IMG/VR virus record: IMGVR_UViG_3300019776_000961
Span: 96,001-160,000 of that record
DNA: 64,000 bases
Reading direction: 5' to 3' (one strand)
DNA from: a virus
The position numbers and the translations under genes are program-made. This document shows, in pieces, positions 46,926 to 56,660 of this stretch. A model generated the notes under the pieces. It searched no databases. It saw only the letters and a program-made list of their open reading frames with translations, and was not told where the DNA came from. The stretch's first letter is position 1, and every line of letters starts with the position of its first letter.

Positions 46926-47423
46926 GTGATAACGTTTAGAGAATATTATATAATAACTGAGGGTACAGACGTAGATAATGCGTTAACCACTCTACCAAAG
47001 AAAGAAGTAAATAAGGAACGGAATGCTTCCAAATATCTAGATATCTTACAACTTGCTCTTGATACAGCTGGTATTGTTACGACAGCAATACCACCTGTTG
47101 AAATGGGAATTAATGCAACAAACGCTATTATCTCAGCATTACGTGCTGCTGCTGAAAAGACACCAAATAAAAGAAAGAAGCATTTAATAAATGCAGGTAT
47201 TAATATTATATCTCTAATACCAGGTGCTTCTCTAATTAAATTTCTCAGATTACGCAAAGCACCAGCTGTTGCAAAGACAGTTATCAATCTTAAAAGATCA
47301 GTTGATACTTACAGTAAAGCACGTAATGCACAATCGGCGTATAAATTAGCTAAATTAACTAAAAAATCTTTACCAAAAGAAGTCAAGCGATTAGTACCAT
47401 CAGTATCTAATCCAGGTAGATAA
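46926..47423 (+). CDS. Hypothetical late protein with a TG-like helical motif
   Basis: LALDTAG...GINATNAIIS...IISLIPG; GTG 46926 is 5 nt after ATAAATA. Confidence 0.6.
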   Translation: MITFREYYIITEGTDVDNALTTLPKKEVNKERNASKYLDILQLALDTAGIVTTAIPPVEMGINATNAIISALRAAAEKTPNKRKKHLINAGINIISLIPGASLIKFLRLRKAPAVAKTVINLKRSVDTYSKARNAQSAYKLAKLTKKSLPKEVKRLVPSVSNPGR

Positions 47424-47464
47424 AAAAATATTGCACCTAGGTTATTACTAATTAAATAGTATTA

Positions 47465-48202
47465 ATGAGAATCGCAATTGTAGGCAGTGCATGTCAGGGT
47501 AAGACTACGTTAGTAAACGATATAATAAAAAACTGGCCTGTATATACAGCGCATCAATCATCTTATCGTAAAGCTGTACGCGAAAAGAATCTTCCTATTA
47601 ATAAGGAGACAAATCAGAGTACGCAATTTGAGATTCTTAACTGTCTTATAAACGATCTCAAAGGTTATTCAAGTACTGATAATGTAATATTTGATAGATG
47701 TCCTCTTGACAATATAGTTTATTCATTATGGAGTAATGCAAAGAATGAATCTGATATTGACGATGAATTTATAAAAAAGTGTATACCGCTTGTGCAGGAG
47801 AGTATGCATAATTTGGATATCATTTTCTTTCTTCCAATTACAAGCGTCGCACCTGTAACAATAACAGAAAGAGCAGAGCGTGAAGTAGATCCTACTTATA
47901 TTCAAGAAATTGATAATATCTTTAAGGGCATATCACACAGTTATTATCGTACTGGAGTGTCACCGTTCTTTCCTGATGAAGACCGTCCACCTATTATAGA
48001 GATCTTTGGTAATCCACAGGAAAGAATAGAGATGATTAAACTCTACTTAGGTGAGACAGGTAGTTTAGTAGATGGTGATAGTATATTTACAGCTCAGAGT
48101 ATAGAAGAAATGGAGCAATTGTTAGAGATACAAAAGACTTTAGGTATTGAAGCTGAAAAAGAAAATAAGCTTAAAGACGAAATAATGCGCGGACATAAAT
48201 AA
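47465..48202 (+). CDS. P-loop nucleotide-kinase-like protein
   Basis: GSACQGKTT Walker A; FDRCPLDNIVY. Confidence 0.75.
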   Translation: MRIAIVGSACQGKTTLVNDIIKNWPVYTAHQSSYRKAVREKNLPINKETNQSTQFEILNCLINDLKGYSSTDNVIFDRCPLDNIVYSLWSNAKNESDIDDEFIKKCIPLVQESMHNLDIIFFLPITSVAPVTITERAEREVDPTYIQEIDNIFKGISHSYYRTGVSPFFPDEDRPPIIEIFGNPQERIEMIKLYLGETGSLVDGDSIFTAQSIEEMEQLLEIQKTLGIEAEKENKLKDEIMRGHK

Positions 48203-48206
48203 TTGT

Positions 48207-48422
48207 GTGGAACAATTTAATAAAGCATTAGAGCAAATAGAAGAAAATTTTAAGCCTATCAAGACCGTCAAGCGCGCTTTTTATCCGCGTAATTTTCAAC
48301 TATCTGAGGAGTTTGTAAATGCTTTTAGAGGTGAATATAAACGCCTTATTGATGAAGGTATTCAGCCTAATAAAGCCTTAAGTAGAATTACTAAGGCTCT
48401 TCTCTTTCACGTAAGAGATTAA
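48207..48422 (+). CDS. Small hypothetical late protein
   Basis: GTG start 5 nt after ATAAATA. Confidence 0.6.
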   Translation: MEQFNKALEQIEENFKPIKTVKRAFYPRNFQLSEEFVNAFRGEYKRLIDEGIQPNKALSRITKALLFHVRD

Positions 48423-49309
48423 CTACCGATAGAATTCTGTGTAGTTAGTACTCTGTAGTAGATGTTTGTTGAAACAGCTAAGGCAGATGGTACACCAATA
48501 GTAAAGTTAAGATCGTATCCATTAATACCTACGACCACCGAGCCCGGTACAATACCCGGAACTATTGGCATTGTAGAAAGGGATGGTATCACTGTAATAA
48601 GACTAGTTAGTGCAGTAGTTAATGATGCATAACGATTTGAATTAACCGGTGAAATACCAGAAAGTGCCATTATTTGTGTTGCGACGTTAGCCAATGCGTT
48701 AATTGAAATAGTAGATATATCTTGTGTACGTGCTTCTGGTGTTAAGATAAACTGACTATAATCACTTGCATATTGAGAAACACTAAGCTGTGGATTTATA
48801 TAAAAGAAATTCGGAATAGATGCCTGTATTGTATTACTTCCTGCAGGAATAGTCGCAACACCAACAAAATATTCACTTGAATCAGTTACATTTTTAAACA
48901 GTGAAAGCATGTAACTTGTCACTGTTGGTATTGTTGTTTGTGTAATCTGCTTATAGACAGGGTTATTGAAAGTATTAGATGACGCACTTAATACAATACC
49001 TTTTGATATAGTAAATCTATCATAAAAATCATTTGATGAATCTGCACCTTCACCTTGACCTGTTGATACGCTAGCAGCTGTAAGTGAGTTAATAGAAGCG
49101 CTTCCAATTATAGTATTGGTACACGTGAGAGTACCTGTAATTGTTGCATTATCATTGATATCTGTTTCTACTACATTAAGATTGCCGAAATCAATTGTTT
49201 GAGTACCGTTTGGTGTTTGTACTAATATTAAGTCACCAGGTACAAGCAATTGAGCTTGTGGTAAGCTTGCAACATTAATTGCATTACTATTGGATGGATT
49301 GATTGCCAT
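48419..49309 (-). CDS. Structural, tail-fibre-like late protein
   Basis: Ser/Thr/Asn-rich; N-terminal SLPQA..LVPGDLILVQ..GTQTIDFGNL; TATAAATA 6 nt upstream. Confidence 0.55.
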   Translation of the reverse strand: MAINPSNSNAINVASLPQAQLLVPGDLILVQTPNGTQTIDFGNLNVVETDINDNATITGTLTCTNTIIGSASINSLTAASVSTGQGEGADSSNDFYDRFTISKGIVLSASSNTFNNPVYKQITQTTIPTVTSYMLSLFKNVTDSSEYFVGVATIPAGSNTIQASIPNFFYINPQLSVSQYASDYSQFILTPEARTQDISTISINALANVATQIMALSGISPVNSNRYASLTTALTSLITVIPSLSTMPIVPGIVPGSVVVGINGYDLNFTIGVPSALAVSTNIYYRVLTTQNSIGS

Positions 49310-49330
49310 TATGATTATTTATACTAAAAT
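49303..49330 (+). promoter_or_regulatory. Sigma70-like promoter TTGCCA-N16-TAAAAT (glycan island)
   Basis: Overlaps the divergent late box. Confidence 0.55.
49316..49323 (-). promoter_or_regulatory. T4-type late promoter TATAAATA
   Basis: 6 nt before ATG 49309. Confidence 0.75.
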
Positions 49331-49341
49331 ATCAAAAAACC

Positions 49342-50160
49342 ATGAATAATAAAATTGGAATCGGTATTGTAACGTGTAATAGGCCGAATTTTTTCGTTAA
49401 ATGCTTAAGATCAATGCCAGGTAACTACATAATTGCAGTAGTTAATGACGGATCTGATTTTGACAAAACAGATTTAAATAAATTACTAACAGAGAAAAAA
49501 TTTACATATATTCATAACACTGTTAATCAAGGAGTCGGCAAATCAAAAAATTTACTATTTAAAACCCTGCTCGATGCAGGATGTGATCATATCTTCATAG
49601 TTGAAGATGATATTATTGTTAAAGATCATAACGTTTTTGAAAAATATATAGAAGCTCGTAATATTACCGGTATACAGCATTTTAATTTTGGGTATCACGG
49701 TCCTGCAAATAAAGCAGGAATATCGGGTGGTAAGCCTGTGCCACGTCATGTAATTGATTACGGTTCAGTTAAGATAGCGCTCAATCAACATAGCGTAGGC
49801 GCCTTTTGTTATTATACACGCGAAGTTTTAGAAAAAGTTGGTCTTATCGACGAAGATTTTCATAATGCATTTGAGCATGTTGAACATGACTATAGAATAG
49901 CTAAAGCTGGTTACTGCACTCCATATTGGAATTGGCCAGATCTTGCCAATAGTATGGATTATTTAGATGAGATTGAATGCTCAGAAAAAAGTAGTGCTAT
50001 TAGACCGCGTAAAGATTGGCAAGAGAATATTCAGAAAGGTGCAAAATTGTTTCTTGATAAGCATGGTGTATTACCAGCCTGGCAGAATGCTGTACCTGAT
50101 ACTACAATCGATAACATAAAAACTATTCTCAAGAAAATATATAAGAAGTATGGAAGATAA
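49342..50160 (+). CDS. GT2 glycosyltransferase
   Basis: IGIVTCNRP, VNDGS, NQGVGKSKN, IVEDD, EHVEH. Confidence 0.85.
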   Translation: MNNKIGIGIVTCNRPNFFVKCLRSMPGNYIIAVVNDGSDFDKTDLNKLLTEKKFTYIHNTVNQGVGKSKNLLFKTLLDAGCDHIFIVEDDIIVKDHNVFEKYIEARNITGIQHFNFGYHGPANKAGISGGKPVPRHVIDYGSVKIALNQHSVGAFCYYTREVLEKVGLIDEDFHNAFEHVEHDYRIAKAGYCTPYWNWPDLANSMDYLDEIECSEKSSAIRPRKDWQENIQKGAKLFLDKHGVLPAWQNAVPDTTIDNIKTILKKIYKKYGR

Positions 50161-50977
50161 AATTGATTTAAAAGGTTTAACGTTTTTGTTTCATGTTAGA
50201 ATTGATACAGAGGAACGCGCAAGAAACCTACAAATAATAAACAAGTATCATAATAAGAATTTTACTAACTATAAAAACATTTACATCGAAGATGATGTAA
50301 AAATGAACATCCCTAAGTTAATAGATATCTCTGATAGAGATACTTACGTCTTTACGTACAATGATGATCAATGGAATAAGTGTGCATCGTTTAATAAAGG
50401 TATTGCATTAGCAAAGTCAGAGTTAATTGCATTTCATGATTTAGATGCGATTATATCGCCTGAACAGTTCACAGATGCAATTAATCAGTTACTTGAAGAT
50501 AAAGAAGCAGGCTTAGTTTATCCGTATAACGGTACATTCTTATGTGTTAATAAGCAGCTTAAAGATGAATTTGCTAATGAGCTTGATTCAAGCTATTTTA
50601 TAAAATACTGGCCGAGTGTAATGCAGGTTAACTATAGCGATGGTAATGTATTAGTTGGTAGTCTCGGTAGTGTAGGCGGCTGTGTTCTCGGTAGACGTGA
50701 TAATATAATAAAGGCTAATGGTTATAATCCAAATTTCAAAGGATGGGGGTACGAAGATAACGAATTTCCACGACGTGTTCATGTATTCGGTTTTTCGGTC
50801 TCCAAACTTACAAATAATAAGCATGTCTTATGGCATCTACCACACGATGGTCCGGGTGCTTCGGTTAAAGTAGAAAACCCTTATCATGAGCAAAATAGAC
50901 AAATCTGCTCATTCGTTGAAACAGCACCAAAGAGCGATGTTATCAAATATACAAAGGAGAGCTGGAATATAATATGA
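50150..50977 (+). CDS. GT-A glycosyltransferase (GT7 C-terminal-like)
   Basis: WNKCASFNKG, FHDLD, GG, NGYNPNFKGWGYEDNEF. Confidence 0.85.
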   Translation: MEDKIDLKGLTFLFHVRIDTEERARNLQIINKYHNKNFTNYKNIYIEDDVKMNIPKLIDISDRDTYVFTYNDDQWNKCASFNKGIALAKSELIAFHDLDAIISPEQFTDAINQLLEDKEAGLVYPYNGTFLCVNKQLKDEFANELDSSYFIKYWPSVMQVNYSDGNVLVGSLGSVGGCVLGRRDNIIKANGYNPNFKGWGYEDNEFPRRVHVFGFSVSKLTNNKHVLWHLPHDGPGASVKVENPYHEQNRQICSFVETAPKSDVIKYTKESWNII

Positions 50978-51756
50978 TTATACCGAGATTAAAAGGCGGT
51001 CTTTGTAATCAGATGTTTACAATCGCTGCAGCTGCAGCGAGAGCGAAAGATCTAGAAACTGAAGTATGTATCAATTATCGTGGCCTACCACATGTAGGTG
51101 GACAGGGATTTAATCCTTTACGATACAGGGAAACACTCTACAGTAATATTAAGGAAACAGATACTATGTTTCATAATGTTTATGCAGAACCCGACTGGTC
51201 TTATTCACCAATAACGTGTTCCGATAATACTATTATTGACGGGTATTTTCAATCTGAAAAACATTTTGCAAAGTATTCAGATTATATAAAAAATCTTTTT
51301 ATCTTTCCTGATGCAATAAGAAATAAGATCAACAACGCACTAACGAAATTTGATAAGAAAATATTAACTGTACACATAAGAATGGGTGACTACTTACAGC
51401 CAAGCTATATGAGTACGCATTTTATATGTAACCGTGATTACTACATTAATGCACTTAAGAATTACAATTTAAATGATTATACAATCATTGTTTGTACTGA
51501 CGATGTTGCAAGCTATACAAAATATATTAATATAGAAAATGCCATTCTTTGTAATAGCAAGGACGAGCTAGAAGACCTCTATATGCTCTCACAAGCAGAT
51601 TCATCCATTATGTCAAATAGTACTTTTTCTTGGTGGGGTGCATATCTAGGCAAAAATAAAGAAAAAATATGTGCACCTAGTCGTTGGTTTGGTGCTGATG
51701 GACCAAAAGACTATAAGGACATTTATAGAGATTGCTGGACAATTATAGACGTATGA
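50974..51756 (+). CDS. GT11 alpha-1,2-fucosyltransferase-like
   Basis: GGLCNQMF, GYFQSEKHF, VHIRMGDY, DLYMLS, SNSTFSWWGAYL. Confidence 0.9.
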   Translation: MIIPRLKGGLCNQMFTIAAAAARAKDLETEVCINYRGLPHVGGQGFNPLRYRETLYSNIKETDTMFHNVYAEPDWSYSPITCSDNTIIDGYFQSEKHFAKYSDYIKNLFIFPDAIRNKINNALTKFDKKILTVHIRMGDYLQPSYMSTHFICNRDYYINALKNYNLNDYTIIVCTDDVASYTKYINIENAILCNSKDELEDLYMLSQADSSIMSNSTFSWWGAYLGKNKEKICAPSRWFGADGPKDYKDIYRDCWTIIDV

Positions 51757-52577
51757 AACAAATTAACATAAGAGATAGTAATTTTGCACACCATCCTGAG
51801 TCAATGACTCATGAGAAGAAAGCAACATTCATTAAATGGTGCCGTGATAATATAGCTGTAAGTGATTCGTGTTTTATAACAGATCTACACTTACATGAAG
51901 TTGACAAGTGTCATGCAAAAAGAAAAATAGCGATGCTTGTAGAACCACGCGCTATTAATCCACACGCATATGCTTTCATTGAACAAAATCATAAAAAGTT
52001 TGATTATGTTCTTACTTTTGATAAAGAGCTTTTAGATCGAGGAGCAAATTTTTTATTTTATCCTTTTGGTGTTTGTTGGGTTAAGGATTTCTCAACACCT
52101 GTAAAGAGCAAAATATGCTCTATGATTGCTTCAAATAAACGAATGACACCTGGTCATAATTTTAGACAGGATGTTATTGAACGTTTTAGTGGACGTGTCG
52201 ATCACTTCGGTAACGGCTTTAAAAGAATTGAAACAAAGGAAGAAGGTCTACAAGACTATTATTTTTCTATCGTACTCGAAAATTCACGTAACGATTATTA
52301 TTTCTCTGAAAAAATAATTGACTGTTTTGCATGCAAAACAATTCCTATATACTGGGGTTCTAACGTTGAACCGTTTTTTGATACTTCAGGTATTATAGTA
52401 TTTAATACTATGGAGGAACTCGAGAATATATACAGCAAGCTATCTGTTGAGTTATATAACTCAATGAGTGAGGGAATGCAGAATAATTATAAAAAAGTAA
52501 AAGAGTATGAGATACCTGAAGACTGGTTATTTAAGAGGTACCCGTTTCTCTTCGACTCACCTCTTGCTATAATATGA
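51753..52577 (+). CDS. GT10 fucosyltransferase-like
   Basis: YYFSIVLENSRNDYYFSEKIIDCF...PIYWG. Confidence 0.8.
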   Translation: MKQINIRDSNFAHHPESMTHEKKATFIKWCRDNIAVSDSCFITDLHLHEVDKCHAKRKIAMLVEPRAINPHAYAFIEQNHKKFDYVLTFDKELLDRGANFLFYPFGVCWVKDFSTPVKSKICSMIASNKRMTPGHNFRQDVIERFSGRVDHFGNGFKRIETKEEGLQDYYFSIVLENSRNDYYFSEKIIDCFACKTIPIYWGSNVEPFFDTSGIIVFNTMEELENIYSKLSVELYNSMSEGMQNNYKKVKEYEIPEDWLFKRYPFLFDSPLAII

Positions 52578-53320
52578 AAGTAGCTGTTATACGTCAACCC
52601 GCTGGTTTAGGGGATATTCTATTTACCTATAAGGTTGCAGAAAAGATAAATGAAAAATTTAAACCTGAGCAAATAATATGGCCGGTCTGTAAGGAGTATT
52701 CTGATATTAAAGATTATATTGATACCCCGTCCAATATACATTTTGTTAATGAGGATAGTGAGTTTCCTGGTAAGAAGTTATATGACTCCTTTATTCGTCA
52801 AGTTGTAAATATAGATGATATAACCTATATACCTCTGCAATATAGTTGTGAGTCGACATATGGTTATTTTAATTTTCAAGAAAACCTATATTCAAAATAT
52901 AGCTTTGTCGGTCTAGATTATAAAAATTGGGCCGTTTATGTAAAGCTTAAACGCAATCACGAAAAGGAAGAAAGCTTGTTCAATCTCAAAGCTCCTAATG
53001 AACCGTATATTCTTGTTAACCGTAATTACGGTACAAATCCTCAGAAGAGACAAGATATTGCTCTTACATCAAAATATAAAATTGTAGAATTTGATTACGA
53101 GCCTGGGTATAATCTATTTGACTGGATAAAACTTATTGAACAAGCAGAAGAAGTACACACACTTCAGACATCCCTTGCTTATTTGCTCGACATTCTTGGT
53201 AAGCAAAGAGTACATATCTATCACAGAGCAGTAAAAAAAGCAGATATTGCCGGTACAGATCAAGACTCTTTTTACTATTGCAAAAAAATACATAACCCAG
53301 AATGGATTTTTGAATCTTAA
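52574..53320 (+). CDS. Putative glycosyltransferase
   Basis: RQPAGLGDILF N-terminus; position in the glycan operon. Confidence 0.55.
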   Translation: MKVAVIRQPAGLGDILFTYKVAEKINEKFKPEQIIWPVCKEYSDIKDYIDTPSNIHFVNEDSEFPGKKLYDSFIRQVVNIDDITYIPLQYSCESTYGYFNFQENLYSKYSFVGLDYKNWAVYVKLKRNHEKEESLFNLKAPNEPYILVNRNYGTNPQKRQDIALTSKYKIVEFDYEPGYNLFDWIKLIEQAEEVHTLQTSLAYLLDILGKQRVHIYHRAVKKADIAGTDQDSFYYCKKIHNPEWIFES

Positions 53321-53338
53321 GCAATATAATAATAGGGT

Positions 53339-54316
53339 ATGACATATCTAATCACTGGTATTACTGGCTTTGCCGGGCCACATCTTGCTAATCTTCTTAT
53401 TGAAAACGGACATACTGTTTACGGTCTTGTAAGAAACTCAAACGGTCGCGAGACAGATATTCTCGACGTTGTACCAGAAGAAAACTTTCAAAAAATTAAG
53501 TTCCTTTATAGCGACTTAACTAATTTCCGTACACTCAATAACCTTTTTAAGGAAAATAAGTTTGACGGTGTATTTCATTTAGCAGCACAATCTCACCCAC
53601 CAACGAGCTTTATTGACCCTATCGGTACAATGGAAGCCAATGTAATGGGTAGTGCGAATCTGATACAGGCAATTCTTGATAATCAGCCTGAATGTAAATT
53701 GATGTTCTGTAGTACTTCTGAAGTTTACGGTAATGTTGGTATTGACGGTCGTAAGATTAAGATCACTGATTTCTTACTTCCTGCTAACCCATACGGTGCA
53801 AGTAAGGCTGCTACCGATCTTTACTTACAGGAACGTTTTGAAAATAAGCAGCTCCGTGGTTATATTACACGTGCCTTCTCACACACCGGGCCTCGACGCG
53901 GCAAGACGTTCTCAATCTCATCTGATGCATATCAAATTGCAAAGATGATGAAGGGTCTTCAGGATAAGACACTTCTTGTTGGTAATTTAAAGTCAGTTCG
54001 TGTTGTGCTCGATGTTCGTGACATTGTTAATGCATATTATCTTTTAATGTTATCAGATAAATCTGATGGAAAGGTGTTTAACGTCTCCGGTGATGTGCCG
54101 CATGAGATGGGTGTATATACAGATATGCTTCTTGAGAAGAGCGGTTTGACAGATGTAGTAAAGGAGATTTCACCTAAGCTCTACCGTCCAATCGATATTC
54201 ATTATCAACACGGTGATTGTTCAGAGCTCGTTGACATTACAGGTTGGGCACCAAAGCGAACCCTCGACCAAACAATGGGTGATCTTCTCAATTATTGGCT
54301 CGGTAAAATTAACTAA
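53339..54316 (+). CDS. GDP-mannose 4,6-dehydratase / GDP-4-keto-6-deoxymannose reductase family SDR
   Basis: ITGITGFAG, HLAAQS, STSEVYG, PYGASK, RAFSHTGP, VGNL...DVRD. Confidence 0.85.
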   Translation: MTYLITGITGFAGPHLANLLIENGHTVYGLVRNSNGRETDILDVVPEENFQKIKFLYSDLTNFRTLNNLFKENKFDGVFHLAAQSHPPTSFIDPIGTMEANVMGSANLIQAILDNQPECKLMFCSTSEVYGNVGIDGRKIKITDFLLPANPYGASKAATDLYLQERFENKQLRGYITRAFSHTGPRRGKTFSISSDAYQIAKMMKGLQDKTLLVGNLKSVRVVLDVRDIVNAYYLLMLSDKSDGKVFNVSGDVPHEMGVYTDMLLEKSGLTDVVKEISPKLYRPIDIHYQHGDCSELVDITGWAPKRTLDQTMGDLLNYWLGKIN

Positions 54317-54317
54317 T

Positions 54318-54923
54318 ATGGGTTCAATAAGAAGCTTTGATATCGCTGAAATTAAGCAGCGTACCGGAATTTCTACATTTGTAGAAACAGGTACACTCTA
54401 TGGCGATGGTGTTGATTATGCACTCTCTTGCGGTTTTGATAGAGTTATTTCAATTGAAATAGAACCTAAACTAGTTGTAAAGGCTGAGCAAAAATATAAA
54501 GATAATAATAAGGTTGAAATTGTTCACGGTGATTCATCAACAGTAATACCAGAGATTACTGAGTTTATGGAGGAACCGGCTTTATTTTGGCTTGATGCAC
54601 ACTTCCCTGGGGCTGATGCTGGTATTTGCGAATATACAGCAGAGCAAGATTATAATAGAAGACTTCCTCTTGAAGCCGAATTAAAAGCAATTCATAAGCG
54701 TGGCAAGCCTGATGTTATTATCTGTGATGATCTTTGGATATATGAAGACGGTGATTATGAATCCGGTAGCTTTAATGATCATTGCGCTCGTCACGGGCAG
54801 AATATGACAAGAGAGCAAATTTGCGGAAAAAATCTTGATGAAATTTGTGCTCTTTTTGAACCGACTCACAAGATTAAGAAATACTATCACCAACAGGGCT
54901 TTATTGTCTTCATGCCTAAATGA
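54318..54923 (+). CDS. Class I SAM-dependent methyltransferase (probable sugar O-methyltransferase)
   Basis: FVETGTLYGDG, SIE, HGDS, FWLDAH, IICDD; likely start ATG 54318. Confidence 0.8.
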   Translation: MGSIRSFDIAEIKQRTGISTFVETGTLYGDGVDYALSCGFDRVISIEIEPKLVVKAEQKYKDNNKVEIVHGDSSTVIPEITEFMEEPALFWLDAHFPGADAGICEYTAEQDYNRRLPLEAELKAIHKRGKPDVIICDDLWIYEDGDYESGSFNDHCARHGQNMTREQICGKNLDEICALFEPTHKIKKYYHQQGFIVFMPK

Positions 54924-55717
54924 AAGTTGTAACGAATTTTGATCATAACTATCACGACGACCCTATTCGATATTTTAAGTTCGAGGAGTTTCAGGATATT
55001 GCGGAGGATAGCATCCTCTTCGTAGGTGCACATCCGCATCAGAGTATTGCAGAACCTGCTGATGTACCAAAGTATTTCTTCAGTACAGAAGAGCAATCTT
55101 GGTCACAGGATGGTACTGATCAATATCTTTCCTTTGTAGATAAGATTCTTACGATATGTCCACCGAGTGTTACTGGTAGACAAAAAAGACAGGCAGCGTT
55201 CTTTCCCCTTAATACAAAAGATATACCATCAGATATAGAAAAAAAATATGATGTAATATATACAGGATTTGCTGGCGGTGATCATATCTCTAAATTATTA
55301 GATGTAATTAAAAATTTTAATTATAGATTAGTTAGCTTTAGCAGTCACGGTGGTCTTACAACAGACTTAAATGCATCATATAAGGATAAACTTAATTTAA
55401 TTGCACAATCTAAGCTTTGCATTACTCATAATCAAACCGGTACAGGCACACCTCAATTGAAGAGTAGAATTTTTGAAGCTGCATTTTGTAAGAGCCTCAT
55501 GCTTGTTCTTCGCGATGAATATAACATCGTAGAGGAATGGTTTACTCCAGAAGTTGATTTTATCTATTATGATATGGACAATCTTGAGCAAACAATAAAG
55601 GCTTGTCTACAGGAGCCTGAGGCATGTGAGGAAATAGCTAATAATGCATTTAATAAGGCAACTACTAATTATACGACAGAAAAGTTTATAGAAAAATATA
55701 TAGGATTTAAAAAATGA
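54920..55717 (+). CDS. GT-B (CgeB/GT1_2-like) glycosyltransferase
   Basis: KSRIFEAAFC, EWFTP..DFIYY, IANNA. Confidence 0.75.
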   Translation: MKVVTNFDHNYHDDPIRYFKFEEFQDIAEDSILFVGAHPHQSIAEPADVPKYFFSTEEQSWSQDGTDQYLSFVDKILTICPPSVTGRQKRQAAFFPLNTKDIPSDIEKKYDVIYTGFAGGDHISKLLDVIKNFNYRLVSFSSHGGLTTDLNASYKDKLNLIAQSKLCITHNQTGTGTPQLKSRIFEAAFCKSLMLVLRDEYNIVEEWFTPEVDFIYYDMDNLEQTIKACLQEPEACEEIANNAFNKATTNYTTEKFIEKYIGFKK

Positions 55718-56649
55718 ACAAGTACATTGTAACAACAACTATTAATTCTCCAACTGAAGCAACGCTTAAGTTCTGTGAGAAGAAGGATTGGAATTTTATT
55801 ATTGTAGGTGATACGAAGACACCAGAGTCTGAATACCGTGAACTCGAAGATCGTTATCCAAATGTTGAATATCTATCACCTGCACAGCAGGAAGAGAAAT
55901 ATGATATCTTGAGCGATACTATTGGATGGAAGACAATTCAACGTCGTAATATCGGGTTTGTACATGCATATAATAAGGGTGCTGATGTACTCGCAACGGT
56001 TGATGATGATAATATTCCGTATGAAAATTGGGGTGAAAATCTTTATATTGGACAGGAGATAGAGTGTGATAGCTATACAACAGATAATCTAGTGTTTGAT
56101 CCACTTGCTGTAACTAATCACAACTACCTCTGGCATCGCGGTGTTCCAATTGAACTTCTTCAGAAAAAGAACAATGTAACATATACAGGTAAAACAAAAC
56201 GTAAAGTTTTGATTCAAGCAGATCTCTGGGATGGTGATCCAGATATTGATGCAATGGCTCGACTGACATATAAGTCACTCGTTAAGTTTAATATTACTCG
56301 ACCTTATTGCAGTAATGTAATTTCACCGTTTAATAGTCAAAATACATTTATTGCTCGCGAAGTAATACCGTATTATACGGTGCTACCCTACGTGGGACGC
56401 ATGGACGATATTTGGTCTAGTTATTACGTACAGACACTCTTCAAAGACAATCTTATCTACGCACCAGCATCGGTCTATCAAGATAGAAATGTACAGGATC
56501 TTATTACAAATCTAGAGAAAGAAGTTATTGGTTATCGCAACACGTTAAGCTTTATTCTTTCAAATTGTGATTATAACTGCAATTTTATTCCAGAAGAAAC
56601 AAGACAGTTCTTCAAGACATATAGAGCTTGCTTCTCCGATCAACTTTAA
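55714..56649 (+). CDS. STELLO/DUF288-like GT-A protein
   Basis: IVTTTIN, IVGDTKTP, RRNIG, DDDN, GDPDIDA, FNSQNT, GRMDDIW. Confidence 0.8.
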   Translation: MNKYIVTTTINSPTEATLKFCEKKDWNFIIVGDTKTPESEYRELEDRYPNVEYLSPAQQEEKYDILSDTIGWKTIQRRNIGFVHAYNKGADVLATVDDDNIPYENWGENLYIGQEIECDSYTTDNLVFDPLAVTNHNYLWHRGVPIELLQKKNNVTYTGKTKRKVLIQADLWDGDPDIDAMARLTYKSLVKFNITRPYCSNVISPFNSQNTFIAREVIPYYTVLPYVGRMDDIWSSYYVQTLFKDNLIYAPASVYQDRNVQDLITNLEKEVIGYRNTLSFILSNCDYNCNFIPEETRQFFKTYRACFSDQL

Positions 56650-56660
56650 TAAAGTATAGC

